From contig CBDCNQ010000001.1 of the NCBI GenBank assembly GCA_965219445.1, forward strand, positions 64,001 to 128,000: a DNA stretch of 64,000 bases. Reading direction: 5' to 3'. Of the stretch, positions 18,137-29,739 are shown in pieces. The notes beneath the pieces are model-generated. The model was not told where the DNA came from and searched no databases. It saw only the letters and a list, made by a program, of their open reading frames with translations. Each line of letters starts with the position of its first letter. Position 1 is the stretch's first letter. The position numbers and the translations under genes are program-made. The DNA comes from Longimicrobiales bacterium (GTDB taxonomy: Bacteria; Gemmatimonadota; Gemmatimonadetes; Longimicrobiales; Gaopeijiaceae).

Positions 18137-21100
18137 GTGTCTGGCAGCCTTCACCCCATCGTCCAAGCGCTCGGTACGTGCCCGGGCTTTGAACGGCTCT
18201 GCCAGGCGCTGCCGAGCCGAGGTGAGCGGCGAGCCATGTCCGGAGCAATAGGCTCAGCCGCGACGGCGTCGGTAGCGGCCCTGTACCAACGCTTCCCGAC
18301 GCGGCTCATGGTCGTGGTCGCACCTTCTCCGGGGCGAGCGATCGAGATCGAGGTAGATCTCGAGCTCCTTCTTGGCGAAGGCACGTCCTTTCTTTTTCCT
18401 CAGCGTGAGGCACTGCCGTATGAGTCGAGCGAGCCTCACCTCGAAATCGGGGCACTTCGCGTCGAGGCCGTCGAGGCTCTGTTGGGTGGGCGAACCCGAC
18501 TGCTCGTGACTACCCTGCGCGCGTTGCAAGAGCGAGCCCCGATTCCAGCCGAACTCGCCCGATTACGGATTTCGCTTCGTTTGGGGGAAGAGGTGGGGTT
18601 CCGGGGGTTGATCGGGGACCTCATTGAACGTGGATTCGAGCGCGTGCCGCTCGTCGAGGAGGTAGGACAGTTCGCGGTTCGAGGAGGCCTCCTGGACATC
18701 TATTCGTTCGGCACGCCTGAGCCCGTGCGGGTCGAGTTCTTAGGGGACGAAATCACCTCGCTGCGCTTCTTCGACGTCCTCGACCAGCGCACGAACCGTT
18801 CCATCACCGAAGCGCACATCCTGCCGGTGGACTTTCAGCGGGACCCGCAGGCCGCCACGCTGGCTTCCCGGTCCCTTCTCGAGCTGCTTCCCGCCGATGC
18901 CCTTCTCCTACCTGTCCATCAGGAGGACGGCGGAGAGTGGCGGGCGGAACTCGACCGGACATGGGGCTACGTCTGCCGGCTTCACGAGGAACTCACGGCG
19001 GACAGGCAGTCTCCAGATCCTCCGGACACGCTCTTCCTACCGGCCGCCGATGCGGAGCGAATGCTCGCGGGACTGGCCCGCATCGACTTGTGCGCCTCCA
19101 CCGGGCGGGAGATCTCGCTTTCCTGTAGTCCTCCTCCTCCGATCCTGCGGGATATGTCACAGCTACGCGCTTCACTCCGTGCCGTTTCGGCTTCAGGGGG
19201 TCGCAGTCTCGTGCTCTGCGACAACCAAGGGCAATGTGACCGGTTGGAGGAAATCCTCGGAGGTCCCAAGAAAATTCCGCCGGGGGCGCACGTGGTCGTC
19301 GGCTCGCTCTCCGCCGGTTTCGTACTGGAGTCGGCGACCCCGCCCCTTCAGGTACTCACAGACCACGAGATCTTCCGCCGCTCGCGGAGGGTCCGGAGCA
19401 GGCGTCGGTTTCGCGGGGCGGTGGCACTCGAAAGCCTGGCTCAATTGAGTCCTGGGGACCCCGTGGTCCACATGGATCACGGGGTGGGCGTCTTCAGAGG
19501 GCTACAGCATGTCGAGATCGGGGGTGAAGAACTCGAGTCCATGGCGATCGAGTATGCCGGCGGAGAAATTCTACGCGTGCCGGTCTATCGGCTCGACCTC
19601 GTCGAGCGCTGGGTGGGTGAATCCGAGAGCGCCGCCCCTCCCACCGTACACCGGATCGGGGGGAAGCGCTGGAAGACGCTGAAGAGGAAGACGAGCGAAG
19701 CCATCGAGACAATGACCGTCGAACTCCTCCAGCTCTACGCCAAGCGGGAATCCGCGGTGGGGTTCGCCTTTTCGCCCGACACCGTGTGGCAAAAGGAGAT
19801 GGAGTCGTCGTTCCTCTATGAAGACACACCCGACCAGCGGACGGCGACCGAAGCGGCTAAGCGCGACATGGAGTCCACCCGGCCCATGGACCGGTTGATC
19901 TGTGGGGATGTGGGCTATGGGAAGACCGAGATCGCGATCCGGGCAGCTTTCAAAGCGATCCAGGATGGGAAGCAGGTGGCGGTGCTCGCACCCACCACCG
20001 TGCTGGTGGAGCAGCATCGGCACACCTTCGCGGAACGACTCGCGGACTATCCGGTGCACGTTAGGGCGCTCAGCCGATTTCGTACGCCAGCCAGTCAGAA
20101 GAGGATTCTGACGGGTCTCGCGAACGGCGAGGTCGATATTGTGGTGGGGACGCACCGGCTACTCTCACCTGACGTCGAGTTCACTGATCTCGGCCTCCTG
20201 ATCGTCGATGAGGAGCAGCGCTTCGGTGTGCGTCATAAGGAACGCCTCAAGCAGCTGAGGGCGTCCGTAGATGTGTTGACGCTGACGGCCACGCCCATCC
20301 CACGCACATTGCACTTGTCGCTAGTGGGCCTACGGGACCTCTCCCTGATCCGTACTCCGCCGCGCGACCGGATGCCCGTCATCACGCATGTAGTTCCGTG
20401 GTCAGACCAAATCCTTGCGGAGGCCTTGCTCAGAGAGTTGGATCGAGGGGGACAATCCTTCGTCCTACACAATTTGGTTTCAACCATACATGGAGCCGCT
20501 GAGCGGATCCGAGCACTCGTCCCAGAGGCCCGAATCGGCACGGCCCACGGGCAGATGAAGCCTCGGGATCTGGACCGGGTCATGCGGGACTTTGTGGACG
20601 GGGATATCGACATTCTGGTCTGCTCATCGATCATCGAAAACGGCCTCGATGTCCCGAACGCGAACACCCTGATCGTGAACCGAGCTGAACATTTCGGACT
20701 GTCTCAACTCTACCAGATCCGTGGACGTGTGGGGCGTTCCGACCGCCGAGCGTTCTGCTATCTCATCGCGCCCGCAGAGCTCAGTGATGAGGCGGAGCGC
20801 CGCCTCAGGGTGCTAGAACATCACACGGAGCTTGGAAGCGGCTATTCCGTGGCGCTCAGAGACATGGAGTTGAGGGGAGCGGGGAATTTGCTCGGCGGTG
20901 AGCAGTCCGGATTCGCCCACTCCATCGGCATCGACGCTTACATGCGACTGCTCGAGCAGACCGTCAAGCGCCTTCAAGGAGAGGAGGAAGGCCGCGAATT
21001 CCCCGACCCTGATGTCTCGATCGCCGGCTCCGCGTACCTACCCGACACCTACATTTCCGACTCCGGCCAAAAGCTACATCTCTACCAAAGGCTTTCGAAG

Positions 21101-21457
21101 CTCAGCCGGATTGCCGAGGTGGCCTCCCTACGTGAGGAATTGGCAGATCGCTTCGGTGCCCCTCCCATCCATGTGGAGCACTTGCTCGATGGCGCCGCTC
21201 TACGAATCCTGGGGAGGCGAATTGGCGTCGAACGCATACTCGTAGGACGGAGCGAGGCAAGAGTGAATTTCAGAGCCACGGTTGTGCCACGCCTTTCGGT
21301 TCTCGAGCGCCCTCTCCAAGAGCACTCCGTCGACGTGGAGGTACGACGCATGACGCCACTCTCACTGGTCCTTCATCAAGCGGGCCCGGATTCGCTAGTT
21401 TCGACGTTGATCCTGGCCCTCACCACCTTGATCGAGGCACGAGACGAGGCGGCGTGA
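18137..21457 (+). CDS. mfd: Transcription-repair coupling factor
   Basis: [53 protein letters not shown]. Confidence 0.97.
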   Translation: MSGSLHPIVQALGTCPGFERLCQALPSRGERRAMSGAIGSAATASVAALYQRFPTRLMVVVAPSPGRAIEIEVDLELLLGEGTSFLFPQREALPYESSEPHLEIGALRVEAVEALLGGRTRLLVTTLRALQERAPIPAELARLRISLRLGEEVGFRGLIGDLIERGFERVPLVEEVGQFAVRGGLLDIYSFGTPEPVRVEFLGDEITSLRFFDVLDQRTNRSITEAHILPVDFQRDPQAATLASRSLLELLPADALLLPVHQEDGGEWRAELDRTWGYVCRLHEELTADRQSPDPPDTLFLPAADAERMLAGLARIDLCASTGREISLSCSPPPPILRDMSQLRASLRAVSASGGRSLVLCDNQGQCDRLEEILGGPKKIPPGAHVVVGSLSAGFVLESATPPLQVLTDHEIFRRSRRVRSRRRFRGAVALESLAQLSPGDPVVHMDHGVGVFRGLQHVEIGGEELESMAIEYAGGEILRVPVYRLDLVERWVGESESAAPPTVHRIGGKRWKTLKRKTSEAIETMTVELLQLYAKRESAVGFAFSPDTVWQKEMESSFLYEDTPDQRTATEAAKRDMESTRPMDRLICGDVGYGKTEIAIRAAFKAIQDGKQVAVLAPTTVLVEQHRHTFAERLADYPVHVRALSRFRTPASQKRILTGLANGEVDIVVGTHRLLSPDVEFTDLGLLIVDEEQRFGVRHKERLKQLRASVDVLTLTATPIPRTLHLSLVGLRDLSLIRTPPRDRMPVITHVVPWSDQILAEALLRELDRGGQSFVLHNLVSTIHGAAERIRALVPEARIGTAHGQMKPRDLDRVMRDFVDGDIDILVCSSIIENGLDVPNANTLIVNRAEHFGLSQLYQIRGRVGRSDRRAFCYLIAPAELSDEAERRLRVLEHHTELGSGYSVALRDMELRGAGNLLGGEQSGFAHSIGIDAYMRLLEQTVKRLQGEEEGREFPDPDVSIAGSAYLPDTYISDSGQKLHLYQRLSKLSRIAEVASLREELADRFGAPPIHVEHLLDGAALRILGRRIGVERILVGRSEARVNFRATVVPRLSVLERPLQEHSVDVEVRRMTPLSLVLHQAGPDSLVSTLILALTTLIEARDEAA

Positions 21458-21554
21458 CAATGTCACGCGCTCGAGCGGTCCAAGCCACGGCGCGACCAAG
21501 GTGTGCGGCCGGGCAACCGACGGGCGTGGCGCGACCCCATGCTGACGGAGATGA

Positions 21555-23024
21555 GTGACGATGATACCACACGCCGGGCGTACTTCTGGCCTCCTGGGTA
21601 GACGCGCCAAAGGGATGGTCCTTGGGATCCTGGCCGTTCTTTGGGCGTGTGAGACGGAATCAGGGAGGGTTCTCGCGCGGGCGGCTGGTCATGAACTGGC
21701 CGTGGATCAGATGGTCGAGATCCTCGCTAGGCAAAACACCGTACCCAACGAAGCCGATGTCGTGGAGGCGTTAGCGAACTTCTGGATCGACTATACACTC
21801 ATCGCGGTGAGCGCCCGGGAGGACTCCCTGCTTACGACACTCGATCTCAACCCCCTCCTCCGGCCACAGCTTGAGCAGGAGATCATCGACGAATACCTGA
21901 GCTCGGTCCTCCGACCCGACACGGCGATCTCCGAGCCGGAACTGAGAGCAATATGGGAGGCCGACCCCCCGGCCGACTCAGTCCGGGCGCAGCACATCCT
22001 GCTCGCCTTTCCTGAGCAGGCAACCCAGGCCCAGTTGGATAGCGTGGCCGGCCTCGCGTCCCAGCTGCAGGAGCGGGCGGTGGCGGGCGAGTCCTTCGAG
22101 GCCCTGGCCGGAGAGTACAGCGACGACAGCGGAAGCGCCATCCAAGGGGGTGACATCGGATTTTTCGGCCGAGGAATGCTGGTGCCCTCGTTTGAGGAGG
22201 CTGCCTTCTCCCTCGCTGTGGGTGAAGTCGGTGACCCGGTGGCGTCTTCGTTTGGGCTCCATGTCATCAGGGTCACGGACCGGAAGGCAGCGACGTTCGA
22301 GGGGACACGCGCCGCCCTCCGGGACTCGCTCGTTCTCAGGAGATTGCAGGAGGCCGAGTCGATCCTATTGGCCGAGCTCGACGAGGAAGGTGAGATCGAG
22401 ATTGAGGCTTGGGCCATCGATGTCATCCGGGAACTAGCGATGAATCCGAGAACCTCGCTCAACCGCAGGGCGGCGAGCCGCCCACTCGTGTCATTTCGTG
22501 GGGGATCGTACTCGGTCTCGGACGCGTTACTCATGTTGATTACGCAGCAAGTAGACCTCCCGGCTCAGCTCGCAGCGGCCCCCGACGCGGTCCTGAACAC
22601 TCTCCTAAACCGCCTAGGGCAAGCGCAGGTACTGCTCCTTCGCGCGGCCGAAGCCGGAATCGGCCCAGCCGAGGAACATGTCGATTCCCTGGATTCCCTT
22701 GCGCGGCAAGGAGTGAGAGACGTGACCGATGGGCTCGGCCTTCGCAGGATTGCTCTCTTGGAGGGTGAGACAGCCGATGACGCGTTGGACCGCACGACTC
22801 TTCAACTCCTGCGCGAAATCTCGGCAGGTACGCGGAGCGTGATTCCGATGGCCGTGATCACTGTGGCGCTCCGTCGCGAGGCCGACTGGGAAATTCTCGA
22901 GAGTTCGATCGGTGCCACCGTGGGACGAGTCGATGATCTGAGGGGGGCCGTCGAGGACGCGCCCACCCAACCGACCCCCGTTCCACCCGATGCGCCGCCC
23001 CTCGTCGACTCCGTCCAGAATTGA
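21555..23024 (+). CDS. PpiC/parvulin-type peptidyl-prolyl isomerase (probable lipoprotein)
   Basis: [48 protein letters not shown]. Confidence 0.88.
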   Translation: MTMIPHAGRTSGLLGRRAKGMVLGILAVLWACETESGRVLARAAGHELAVDQMVEILARQNTVPNEADVVEALANFWIDYTLIAVSAREDSLLTTLDLNPLLRPQLEQEIIDEYLSSVLRPDTAISEPELRAIWEADPPADSVRAQHILLAFPEQATQAQLDSVAGLASQLQERAVAGESFEALAGEYSDDSGSAIQGGDIGFFGRGMLVPSFEEAAFSLAVGEVGDPVASSFGLHVIRVTDRKAATFEGTRAALRDSLVLRRLQEAESILLAELDEEGEIEIEAWAIDVIRELAMNPRTSLNRRAASRPLVSFRGGSYSVSDALLMLITQQVDLPAQLAAAPDAVLNTLLNRLGQAQVLLLRAAEAGIGPAEEHVDSLDSLARQGVRDVTDGLGLRRIALLEGETADDALDRTTLQLLREISAGTRSVIPMAVITVALRREADWEILESSIGATVGRVDDLRGAVEDAPTQPTPVPPDAPPLVDSVQN

Positions 23025-23072
23025 CGGTGGGCGCCGGAGCAGCTCAGGAACACGATTTCTCCCTTGGTTTAA

Positions 23073-23324
23073 GAAGGCTGTTGAAGGAGTACAGGCGTAG
23101 CAACGCTACGGCGAGGAGGAGAGACGCAGGATCAACCGCACAACCGCCCTGTGCCCAGGACTATGAATGACATGACCATGCACGTTGAAGGGTTGCGGTG
23201 GCACGATCCCATCTCCGTTGTTGGAGCTCCTAGCCATAGCTACGGCTATGGCGTCATCGCTCCGCCTAGGGTCTGGGGCCGTGGCATCCCCAACGCGGCC
23301 CACTGTACTCCTTCAACAGCCTTC
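23073..23324. mobile_element. Second family A element, inverted relative to 13197 and internally deleted
   Basis: Ends gaaggctgttgaaggagtacag ... ctgtactccttcaacagccttc; interior is the near reverse complement of 13198-13429. Confidence 0.9.
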
Positions 23325-23332
23325 CTGAACGC

Positions 23333-24649
23333 ATGAATTCTTCATCCGGAAGGTTCACGCTCCTCGCGGCCGCCTTGTTCCTGATCCCTTCGCAGGTAGA
23401 GGGGCAAGGGGCCCCGCAAGGCATCACCCTGGTCGAGCGTGTGGTCGCAGTCGTTGGAGATTCCGTGATCCTGATGACCGAAGTCGAGGAATTCCTCCTT
23501 TCGATGGAGGCGAGGGGATGGACTCGCCCGACTGGGGCCCGCGAGCTTCTCGAGGCACGACTCGACGTCCTGGACCAACTCATCAACCAGCAGGTGATTC
23601 TCCAGGAAGCGGCGAAAGACACAACCCTGGCAGTCACCGAGGAGGAATTGGAGGACCGCGTCCAGCAAGAGATCGACGGTCAGGTCCGCCAATTCGGTAC
23701 GTTGGGCCGGCTTCAACAGGCGCTCGCTGAGCAGAATATGACGATGGCCGTCTATCGTGAGCAGCAGAAAAACCTCATCCGACGCCAGTTGCTCCAGGAA
23801 GGCTTTTTCGCCAAAGGGGGGCAGAGCGAGACGGACATTGTGGTGACGGAAGAGGAAATACGGACATATTTCGATGAAAATCAGGACGTTTTTCCTGACA
23901 GACCACCGAGCATTCGCTTCGAGAATATTCAGCTGCTACCCGAGCCGAGCGACGCTGCCAAGTCGGAGGCCCTCGCGGAGGCGGACAGCGTTCAGGGTCT
24001 TCTCCGGGAGGGGGGGGACTTCGCGGAGTTCGCCGCTCGCTTCTCCGACGGCCCCTCAGCCGCTGCAGGCGGAGAACTCGGCTGGATACGTCAAGACGGA
24101 AGCTATGTCGAGGCCTTCGAAGAGGTGGCCTTCCAGACGCCTCCAGGAGTGATCGTCCCTCCCGTTGAGACGGAATTCGGATACCATCTCATACTGGTGG
24201 AGCGGGTAAGGGGGGGGGAGCGTCGAGTACGGCATATCTTGTTCGCGCCTGAAATCACACCGAGCGACATTGAGGCCAACGATGACCGGGCCGAGTCGTT
24301 CGTCACCAGGCTAAAGGCTGGTGAGACGATGGCGGATCTGGGCCAGGTGCCCGATACGGTCGAGCTGTCGATGGAACAAATCGCACAGGCTTCCCCGGCG
24401 TTTGCCGTGGAGATACGAAACGCCGGGCCGGGTCAAGTGGTCGGCCCAGTCAGGGTTGACGACCCCCGGCTTGAAAATGGCTGGACCCTCGCTCGGGTAT
24501 TGGGGAGGACGAGTGGAGGCCCTGCTGAGTTTTCGGAATTTCGAGACTTGATCGTCGAGCGCCTTAGGAGCCAGCGTCTCACCGAGACGGTGGTGGAAGG
24601 TTTGCGAAGCCGTGCCCACGTCGAGGTTCGGATCGGCGGAGGAGGCTGA
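23333..24649 (+). CDS. surA: SurA-like periplasmic chaperone/PPIase
   Basis: VERVVAVVGDSVILMTEV SurA N-domain; FAEFAARFSD, GGELGW, ETEFGYHLI; lies upstream of pdxA. Confidence 0.8.
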   Translation: MNSSSGRFTLLAAALFLIPSQVEGQGAPQGITLVERVVAVVGDSVILMTEVEEFLLSMEARGWTRPTGARELLEARLDVLDQLINQQVILQEAAKDTTLAVTEEELEDRVQQEIDGQVRQFGTLGRLQQALAEQNMTMAVYREQQKNLIRRQLLQEGFFAKGGQSETDIVVTEEEIRTYFDENQDVFPDRPPSIRFENIQLLPEPSDAAKSEALAEADSVQGLLREGGDFAEFAARFSDGPSAAAGGELGWIRQDGSYVEAFEEVAFQTPPGVIVPPVETEFGYHLILVERVRGGERRVRHILFAPEITPSDIEANDDRAESFVTRLKAGETMADLGQVPDTVELSMEQIAQASPAFAVEIRNAGPGQVVGPVRVDDPRLENGWTLARVLGRTSGGPAEFSEFRDLIVERLRSQRLTETVVEGLRSRAHVEVRIGGGG

Positions 24650-24665
24650 CCTCACGAGGCCGTTT

Positions 24666-25610
24666 ATGTCCACCCAATGCTTGGCGGTCACGCTCGGTGA
24701 TCCTCGCGGAATCGGCCCTGAGGTGGCTGCGAAGGCGGTTCGGCATCTCAGAGAGCAGGGGGACGACACCGACTTCATCTTGGTAGGACCGGACGGGTGC
24801 GATCCGGGGCTCGGCACTTACGAAGGCGTAGGTCGATTCGAGGGTTCCGAGCGTTCGGCGGGGGTCCTTTCCGCCCGTGCGGTGGAGAGAGCCGTCCACC
24901 TCGCCTTGGCGGGTACCGCAGCGGGAATCGTGACCGGCCCGATCGACAAACAAGCACTCCTGTCCGCGGGGCTCATAGAACCCGGCCATACCGAACTGCT
25001 GCAGCGCCTCACAGGCGCCTCCGATGTCGGCATGCTCATGGCCGCAGAGGAGACGCGGCTAGGGGCCCCTCTTCGGGTGCTTCTCGCCACGACGCACGTG
25101 CCGCTGCGCAGTGTGTCCGACCTGTTGAGCTCGGATCTGCTCGTTTCCAAGACGACGCTGTTGAACGTATCTCTTGAAGCCGAATGGAATCTCGTCCGTC
25201 CGCGCATCGCGCTCTGCGCATTCAATCCCCATGCCTCGGACGGTGGATTGTTCGGGGACGAAGAGGATCGTGTATTCAGGCCCGCCGTGGAGACCCTCCG
25301 CGGAGCGGGTATCGAGGTGGAGGGCCCGATCCCCGCCGACACCGTGTTCAGCAGAACGCTCGATGGTGAGTTTGACGCGGTCATCGCGCCGTATCACGAC
25401 GTAGGGATGGCCCCCTTCAAGACCATCGCCTTCGGAACGGGAGTCAACGTGACCCTGGGACTGCCGTTCGTTCGTACGTCGCCGGATCATGGGACCGCAT
25501 TCGATCTTGTGGGTACCGGTAGGGCGGAGCCGTCCTCGATGCAGGCAGCCATCCGGTTGGCATCTCGGTTGGCCGTAGCGCGTTTCGGCACGCTGGCGGC
25601 CCAAATGTAA
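24666..25610 (+). CDS. pdxA: 4-hydroxythreonine-4-phosphate dehydrogenase
   Basis: TLGDPRGIGPEV, PGHTE, NPHA, GPIPADT, YHD, NVTLGLPFVRTSPDHGTAFD. Confidence 0.95.
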   Translation: MSTQCLAVTLGDPRGIGPEVAAKAVRHLREQGDDTDFILVGPDGCDPGLGTYEGVGRFEGSERSAGVLSARAVERAVHLALAGTAAGIVTGPIDKQALLSAGLIEPGHTELLQRLTGASDVGMLMAAEETRLGAPLRVLLATTHVPLRSVSDLLSSDLLVSKTTLLNVSLEAEWNLVRPRIALCAFNPHASDGGLFGDEEDRVFRPAVETLRGAGIEVEGPIPADTVFSRTLDGEFDAVIAPYHDVGMAPFKTIAFGTGVNVTLGLPFVRTSPDHGTAFDLVGTGRAEPSSMQAAIRLASRLAVARFGTLAAQM

Positions 25611-25682
25611 CTTTCTGTGCTCGACCCACCGTGTGCCCACAAGTCGGTGGGAAACATTAACTTACGAGGTTGCGATCCACAC

Positions 25683-26501
25683 GTGATCAAGTTCATCCAC
25701 GTGACAAAAGAGTACGCCCGCCCTGAACCGGCCCTCAAGGACGTGTCGTTCCACTTGGTCAAAGGACAGTTCACCTTCCTTACCGGGCACTCTGGATCAG
25801 GAAAATCGACCGCTCTGCGACTCGCGCACCTGGTCGAGAGGCCGACCCACGGAGAGGTACGTGCGAGCGGGTTTTCGTCCCTTAGAACCTCTCGGCGAGA
25901 TGTATGGAAGCTCCGCCGGAACGTGGGGTACGTGTTTCAGGACTTTCGTCTCCTTCCCGGCCGCACCGCTCTCGAGAACGTCTCCTTCGCCCTCGAAGTC
26001 ATCGGTTCGCCGAAAAAACAGATCTCGCCCCGAGCCCAACGGCTCCTGGGTCAAGTGGGCCTCGCACCCAAAGCCGGGGCCTCGGTGGATGAGCTCTCGG
26101 GAGGCGAGCAGCAGCGTGTTGCCATTGCGCGCGCCCTCGCGAGCGAGCCGCTCCTCCTTCTGGCCGACGAGCCCACGGGAAACCTAGACGAGCGGGCCAC
26201 TCGGGGTATCCTGGATCTGTTTTGGGAGATCAACGCACTCGGGATGGCCGTTCTGATGGCGACGCACGATCTGGAGCTCATGCGACGATATCCCACCGCT
26301 CGGGTCCTCGAACTCGACCAAGGCCGCCTGGTGTACGATTCTGCCGAGACCGAACACGCGGTGAGCAGCGAAGACGGCAGCCCGCGGCCAGGTTCCGGCG
26401 TGAGCCCGGCCAGCAAACAGGATTCGGCCAGCGGAACGAATTCCGCCAGTGTGCTGGATTCCGCCAGTGAACCGGAACCGGCCCAACAGAGAGAGACCTG
26501 A
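25683..26501 (+). CDS. ftsE: Cell division ABC ATPase FtsE
   Basis: GHSGSGKS, VFQDFRLL, LSGGEQQRVAIARA, ADEPTGNLD; adjacent to ftsX. Confidence 0.92.
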   Translation: MIKFIHVTKEYARPEPALKDVSFHLVKGQFTFLTGHSGSGKSTALRLAHLVERPTHGEVRASGFSSLRTSRRDVWKLRRNVGYVFQDFRLLPGRTALENVSFALEVIGSPKKQISPRAQRLLGQVGLAPKAGASVDELSGGEQQRVAIARALASEPLLLLADEPTGNLDERATRGILDLFWEINALGMAVLMATHDLELMRRYPTARVLELDQGRLVYDSAETEHAVSSEDGSPRPGSGVSPASKQDSASGTNSASVLDSASEPEPAQQRET

Positions 26502-26502
26502 C

Positions 26503-27360
26503 GTGCTCTACACGATTCGAGAAACCCTCATCGCCTTCAAGCGAGCTCCGCTCCTGACCGGGCTCTCCGCAGCCATGGTCGGACTGGCGCTCTTTGTTGT
26601 GGGACTCTTTGGGCTAGCCACGCACAACGTCCGACTCTACCTGGAGACGCTTGAAGAGCGCGTCGAGGTCGTCGCCTACCTCCGGGACGACGCGAACACC
26701 GCGGACATCGCTGCAATGGAAGGGGCGCTCACGATGCTCCCCGAGGTACTCGCGGTGGACTTCGTGACCAAGGGCGAAGCGCTTGAAAAGGCATATACTG
26801 AACTGCCCGAGTTCAATGAGATTCTCACGGACCTCGAAGTCAATCCGCTCCCGGCGTCCATCGAGATCCAGCTTCGTCCGGGGGATCGAACACCTGCGAC
26901 GGCGGATCGAGTCGCACAACAAGCCGCTCTCCATCCCATCGTGGAAGAGGTGCAATACGGCCAGGAATGGGTCGACAAGCTTTTTACCCTTAGGCGGATG
27001 GGTGCGGTAACAACGACCGTGATGGGTACGGCCTTCGCGGTCGTGGCCGCGCTGATCATCGGTACTGCCGTGCGAATCGCGATCTTCGCGCGGCGAGAGG
27101 AGATCAAAATCATGCAGTTGGTCGGTGCACGTGACAGCTTTGTTCACCGGCCCTTTCTCCTCGAGGGCGGCATCACCGGGGCGCTCGGGGGAGCTATCGC
27201 CATCCTGCTCACCTACACAACGTTTTGGTCGGTATTCAATTACCTCTTCATCATTTCGTGGATTCCGTGGGAATGGGCCGGAATCGGGATGTCGGCCGGA
27301 ATCGTGTTCGGAGTGTTCGCCAGCGGATACGCTGTCCGCAAGCACCTCCGGGAGGTATAA
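26503..27360 (+). CDS. ftsX: Cell division permease FtsX
   Basis: NPLPASIE, ARREEIKIMQLVGA, PFLLEG. Confidence 0.93.
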   Translation: MLYTIRETLIAFKRAPLLTGLSAAMVGLALFVVGLFGLATHNVRLYLETLEERVEVVAYLRDDANTADIAAMEGALTMLPEVLAVDFVTKGEALEKAYTELPEFNEILTDLEVNPLPASIEIQLRPGDRTPATADRVAQQAALHPIVEEVQYGQEWVDKLFTLRRMGAVTTTVMGTAFAVVAALIIGTAVRIAIFARREEIKIMQLVGARDSFVHRPFLLEGGITGALGGAIAILLTYTTFWSVFNYLFIISWIPWEWAGIGMSAGIVFGVFASGYAVRKHLREV

Positions 27361-27361
27361 G

Positions 27362-28579
27362 GTGCGAGGCTTCTACACCTGTGTCGGGTTGGCGATGGCC
27401 CTCGGGCCTCCGACGTTGGTGCCGGCACCGGTAGCAGGTCAGATCGTCGAGATTCGGAGGGAGATCATCGAGAGCCAGCGCCGGCTTGAAGAGGTGCGCG
27501 AGGAACGAAGCCGGCTACGGGAAGAGTTGACGAACCTCGATGGCCGAGTGCGAAATGTGGCAAGAGAACTCGCGAATGTCGAACAGCAGGTCAGTGCGTC
27601 TCGATCTGCGGTCGCGGAGGTCGACTTTCAGGTAGAAGCGGTGGGGGCTGAAATCGAAGGCACATCCAGTAGCCTCTTGGTCACGCGGGAACGACTCCAA
27701 ACCGGAAAGGCCGTTCTTTATCGCCGCATCCGTGATATCTACAAGCGGGGCGCACTCCACTCAGTGCGGGTCATGCTCGGGGCCGGCTCGTTTCCGGAGA
27801 TGCTGACACGCTACCGGTACCTGCGCCTGATCGCTACGTACGATCGCACACTGGTACGGAGCGTGGAAGGACTCGAGACCGATCTGGACGCACAATACGA
27901 GGATCTACAGTCCAGCATGGTCAGCCTGGGTCGCCTGCGGCAGTCCAGGCTCAGCGAAATAGCCACTCTGCGCTCGGTGGAGGAGACGCATCGCCGGGCG
28001 ATCGAGGGCTATCGTGCCCAGGAGCAGGCCGCCACCAATCGGCTGGAGCAACTCGCACTCGACGAGACCCGCATGAGCGTCCTCATCACCGAGCTCGAAT
28101 CAAGGCGTGTGGAAATCGAGCGAGCCGCCGCCAGACGGGGAGTGCCGAACAGGCTCTCGACGGCGGAGGTAGGAACGATGAATTGGCCGGTGAACGGCGA
28201 GTTGATCTATCGATTCGGGCGGGAGGAGAGACCGAACGGCACCATACTGCGGTGGAACGGAATCGGGATCCGGGCGGCCACCGGAACCCCCGTACGAGCC
28301 GTGGATGCTGGTACGGTCGCCTACGCGGGCCCCTTCGAAGGGTACGGTCTTACGGTGTGGCTGAGCCACGGCGGCGGTTTTTATACGCTTTACCTTTACC
28401 TCGAAGAGATCGGCGTAACGCAGGGTCGCGAGGTGACGGCCGGTCAGGTCGTGGGCACCGTTGGGGGAGTAGGCACGCCGGAGGGGCCCCACTTGGAGTT
28501 CCAGGTCCGAACCCCGGTCGACGGGGGAGACCCCCGAGCCCAAGATCCGCTCGCATGGCTTCGGGCGCCGGGAGGGTGA
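27362..28579 (+). CDS. envC: EnvC-like murein hydrolase activator (coiled coil + degenerate M23)
   Basis: Long coiled coil, WPVNG, WNGIGI, LYLYL replacing HXH; follows ftsEX. Confidence 0.85.
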   Translation: MRGFYTCVGLAMALGPPTLVPAPVAGQIVEIRREIIESQRRLEEVREERSRLREELTNLDGRVRNVARELANVEQQVSASRSAVAEVDFQVEAVGAEIEGTSSSLLVTRERLQTGKAVLYRRIRDIYKRGALHSVRVMLGAGSFPEMLTRYRYLRLIATYDRTLVRSVEGLETDLDAQYEDLQSSMVSLGRLRQSRLSEIATLRSVEETHRRAIEGYRAQEQAATNRLEQLALDETRMSVLITELESRRVEIERAAARRGVPNRLSTAEVGTMNWPVNGELIYRFGREERPNGTILRWNGIGIRAATGTPVRAVDAGTVAYAGPFEGYGLTVWLSHGGGFYTLYLYLEEIGVTQGREVTAGQVVGTVGGVGTPEGPHLEFQVRTPVDGGDPRAQDPLAWLRAPGG

Positions 28580-29739
28580 GCCTGCACCCCCTTTTTGGCC
28601 ACGCTGATCTTCAAGCGTCTCTATCGAAGGCCTGGGCATCCGGGTCTCTTCCGTCGAGCGTGCTCATCCACGGTCCGCGTGGCGTGGGGAAACAACGACT
28701 CGCTCTCTGGCTCGGCCAGCTCCTGCTCTGCCCCCAATCCGGACCAACAGGGCCTTGCAGCGACTGTAAGGTGTGCCGGATGGCCATGAATCTGGAGCAT
28801 CCCGACCTCCACTGGTACTTCCCGCTCGCGAAGCCGAAGGGGGTTCGGCCGGCTAAGCTTGCGGACGCCATGGAGAGAGCTCGTTACGATGCCCTGGCAG
28901 AGTGCAGGGAGCGTCCTCTCCGCCCCGCTGCTGTAGCGACTGAACCCACTGGGCTCTACATGGCTGTTGCCCAGACTCTGCGATCCGACGCACACCGCCG
29001 GCCGGCCTTGGGAGCCCGGCAGGTGTTCGTGATCGGAGAAGCCGAGATGCTCGTTCCCCAGGAGGCGAGTCAGGAAGCCGCCAATTCACTATTGAAGCTC
29101 CTGGAGGAGCCCCCACCGACTACACTTCTCATCCTGACTTCGAGTGAGCCGGGCCGGCTCCTACCCACCATTCGCTCTCGAACGATGCCGCTCCACCTTC
29201 CCCCTCTGCCGCCGGACAGTGTCGAACAGTTCCTCATTGAGTTCGGCCAAGTCTCTCCGGATGAGGCGCCTCGGGCTGCCCACCTCGGCCGGGGTTCGAT
29301 CGGCAGGGCTCTCGGGTTTCTGCCCAATGGAGCGGACCCGGGTCCTTTGGAGGTGCTCCGAGCGCAGGCGTTTGAGCTTCTCGCCGCAGCGTCGAATAAG
29401 GACGGGGGAGCCGTGTATCGTAGATCCCTGGAGTTCGGTGCTACTCGCAGCCGTGGCCTGATGCCTCTGTTCGAATTCCTGGAGGACGCACTACGAGACC
29501 TTTCCTTGACAGGGGCGAGAACGCCCGAAGGCCTTGTCATGGAAGGCCTTATCAATCCTGATCGGGTGGATCTCCTGGAACGGATTCGAAAGGAGCGGGA
29601 TATCCATCCGGTGGCGGTCACGAGGGCCTTTCGGCATTTGGAAGAAGCCAAAGAACTGGTGGCCGGCAACGTGAACCCCCAGCTCATCGTGGCCGGGCTC
29701 CTGACCGGCCTCCGGGAGGAACTCATTGGCAACCACTGA
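28576..29739 (+). CDS. holB: DNA polymerase III delta' subunit
   Basis: HGPRGVGK, CxxC zinc module, HPDL, AANSLLKLLEEPP, LLPTIRSR. Confidence 0.9.
   Translation: MSLHPLFGHADLQASLSKAWASGSLPSSVLIHGPRGVGKQRLALWLGQLLLCPQSGPTGPCSDCKVCRMAMNLEHPDLHWYFPLAKPKGVRPAKLADAMERARYDALAECRERPLRPAAVATEPTGLYMAVAQTLRSDAHRRPALGARQVFVIGEAEMLVPQEASQEAANSLLKLLEEPPPTTLLILTSSEPGRLLPTIRSRTMPLHLPPLPPDSVEQFLIEFGQVSPDEAPRAAHLGRGSIGRALGFLPNGADPGPLEVLRAQAFELLAAASNKDGGAVYRRSLEFGATRSRGLMPLFEFLEDALRDLSLTGARTPEGLVMEGLINPDRVDLLERIRKERDIHPVAVTRAFRHLEEAKELVAGNVNPQLIVAGLLTGLREELIGNH

Noticed and set aside
26380..26480. Low-complexity DSAS repeats at the FtsE C-terminus
   Set aside because: Short degenerate tail with no evidence of function
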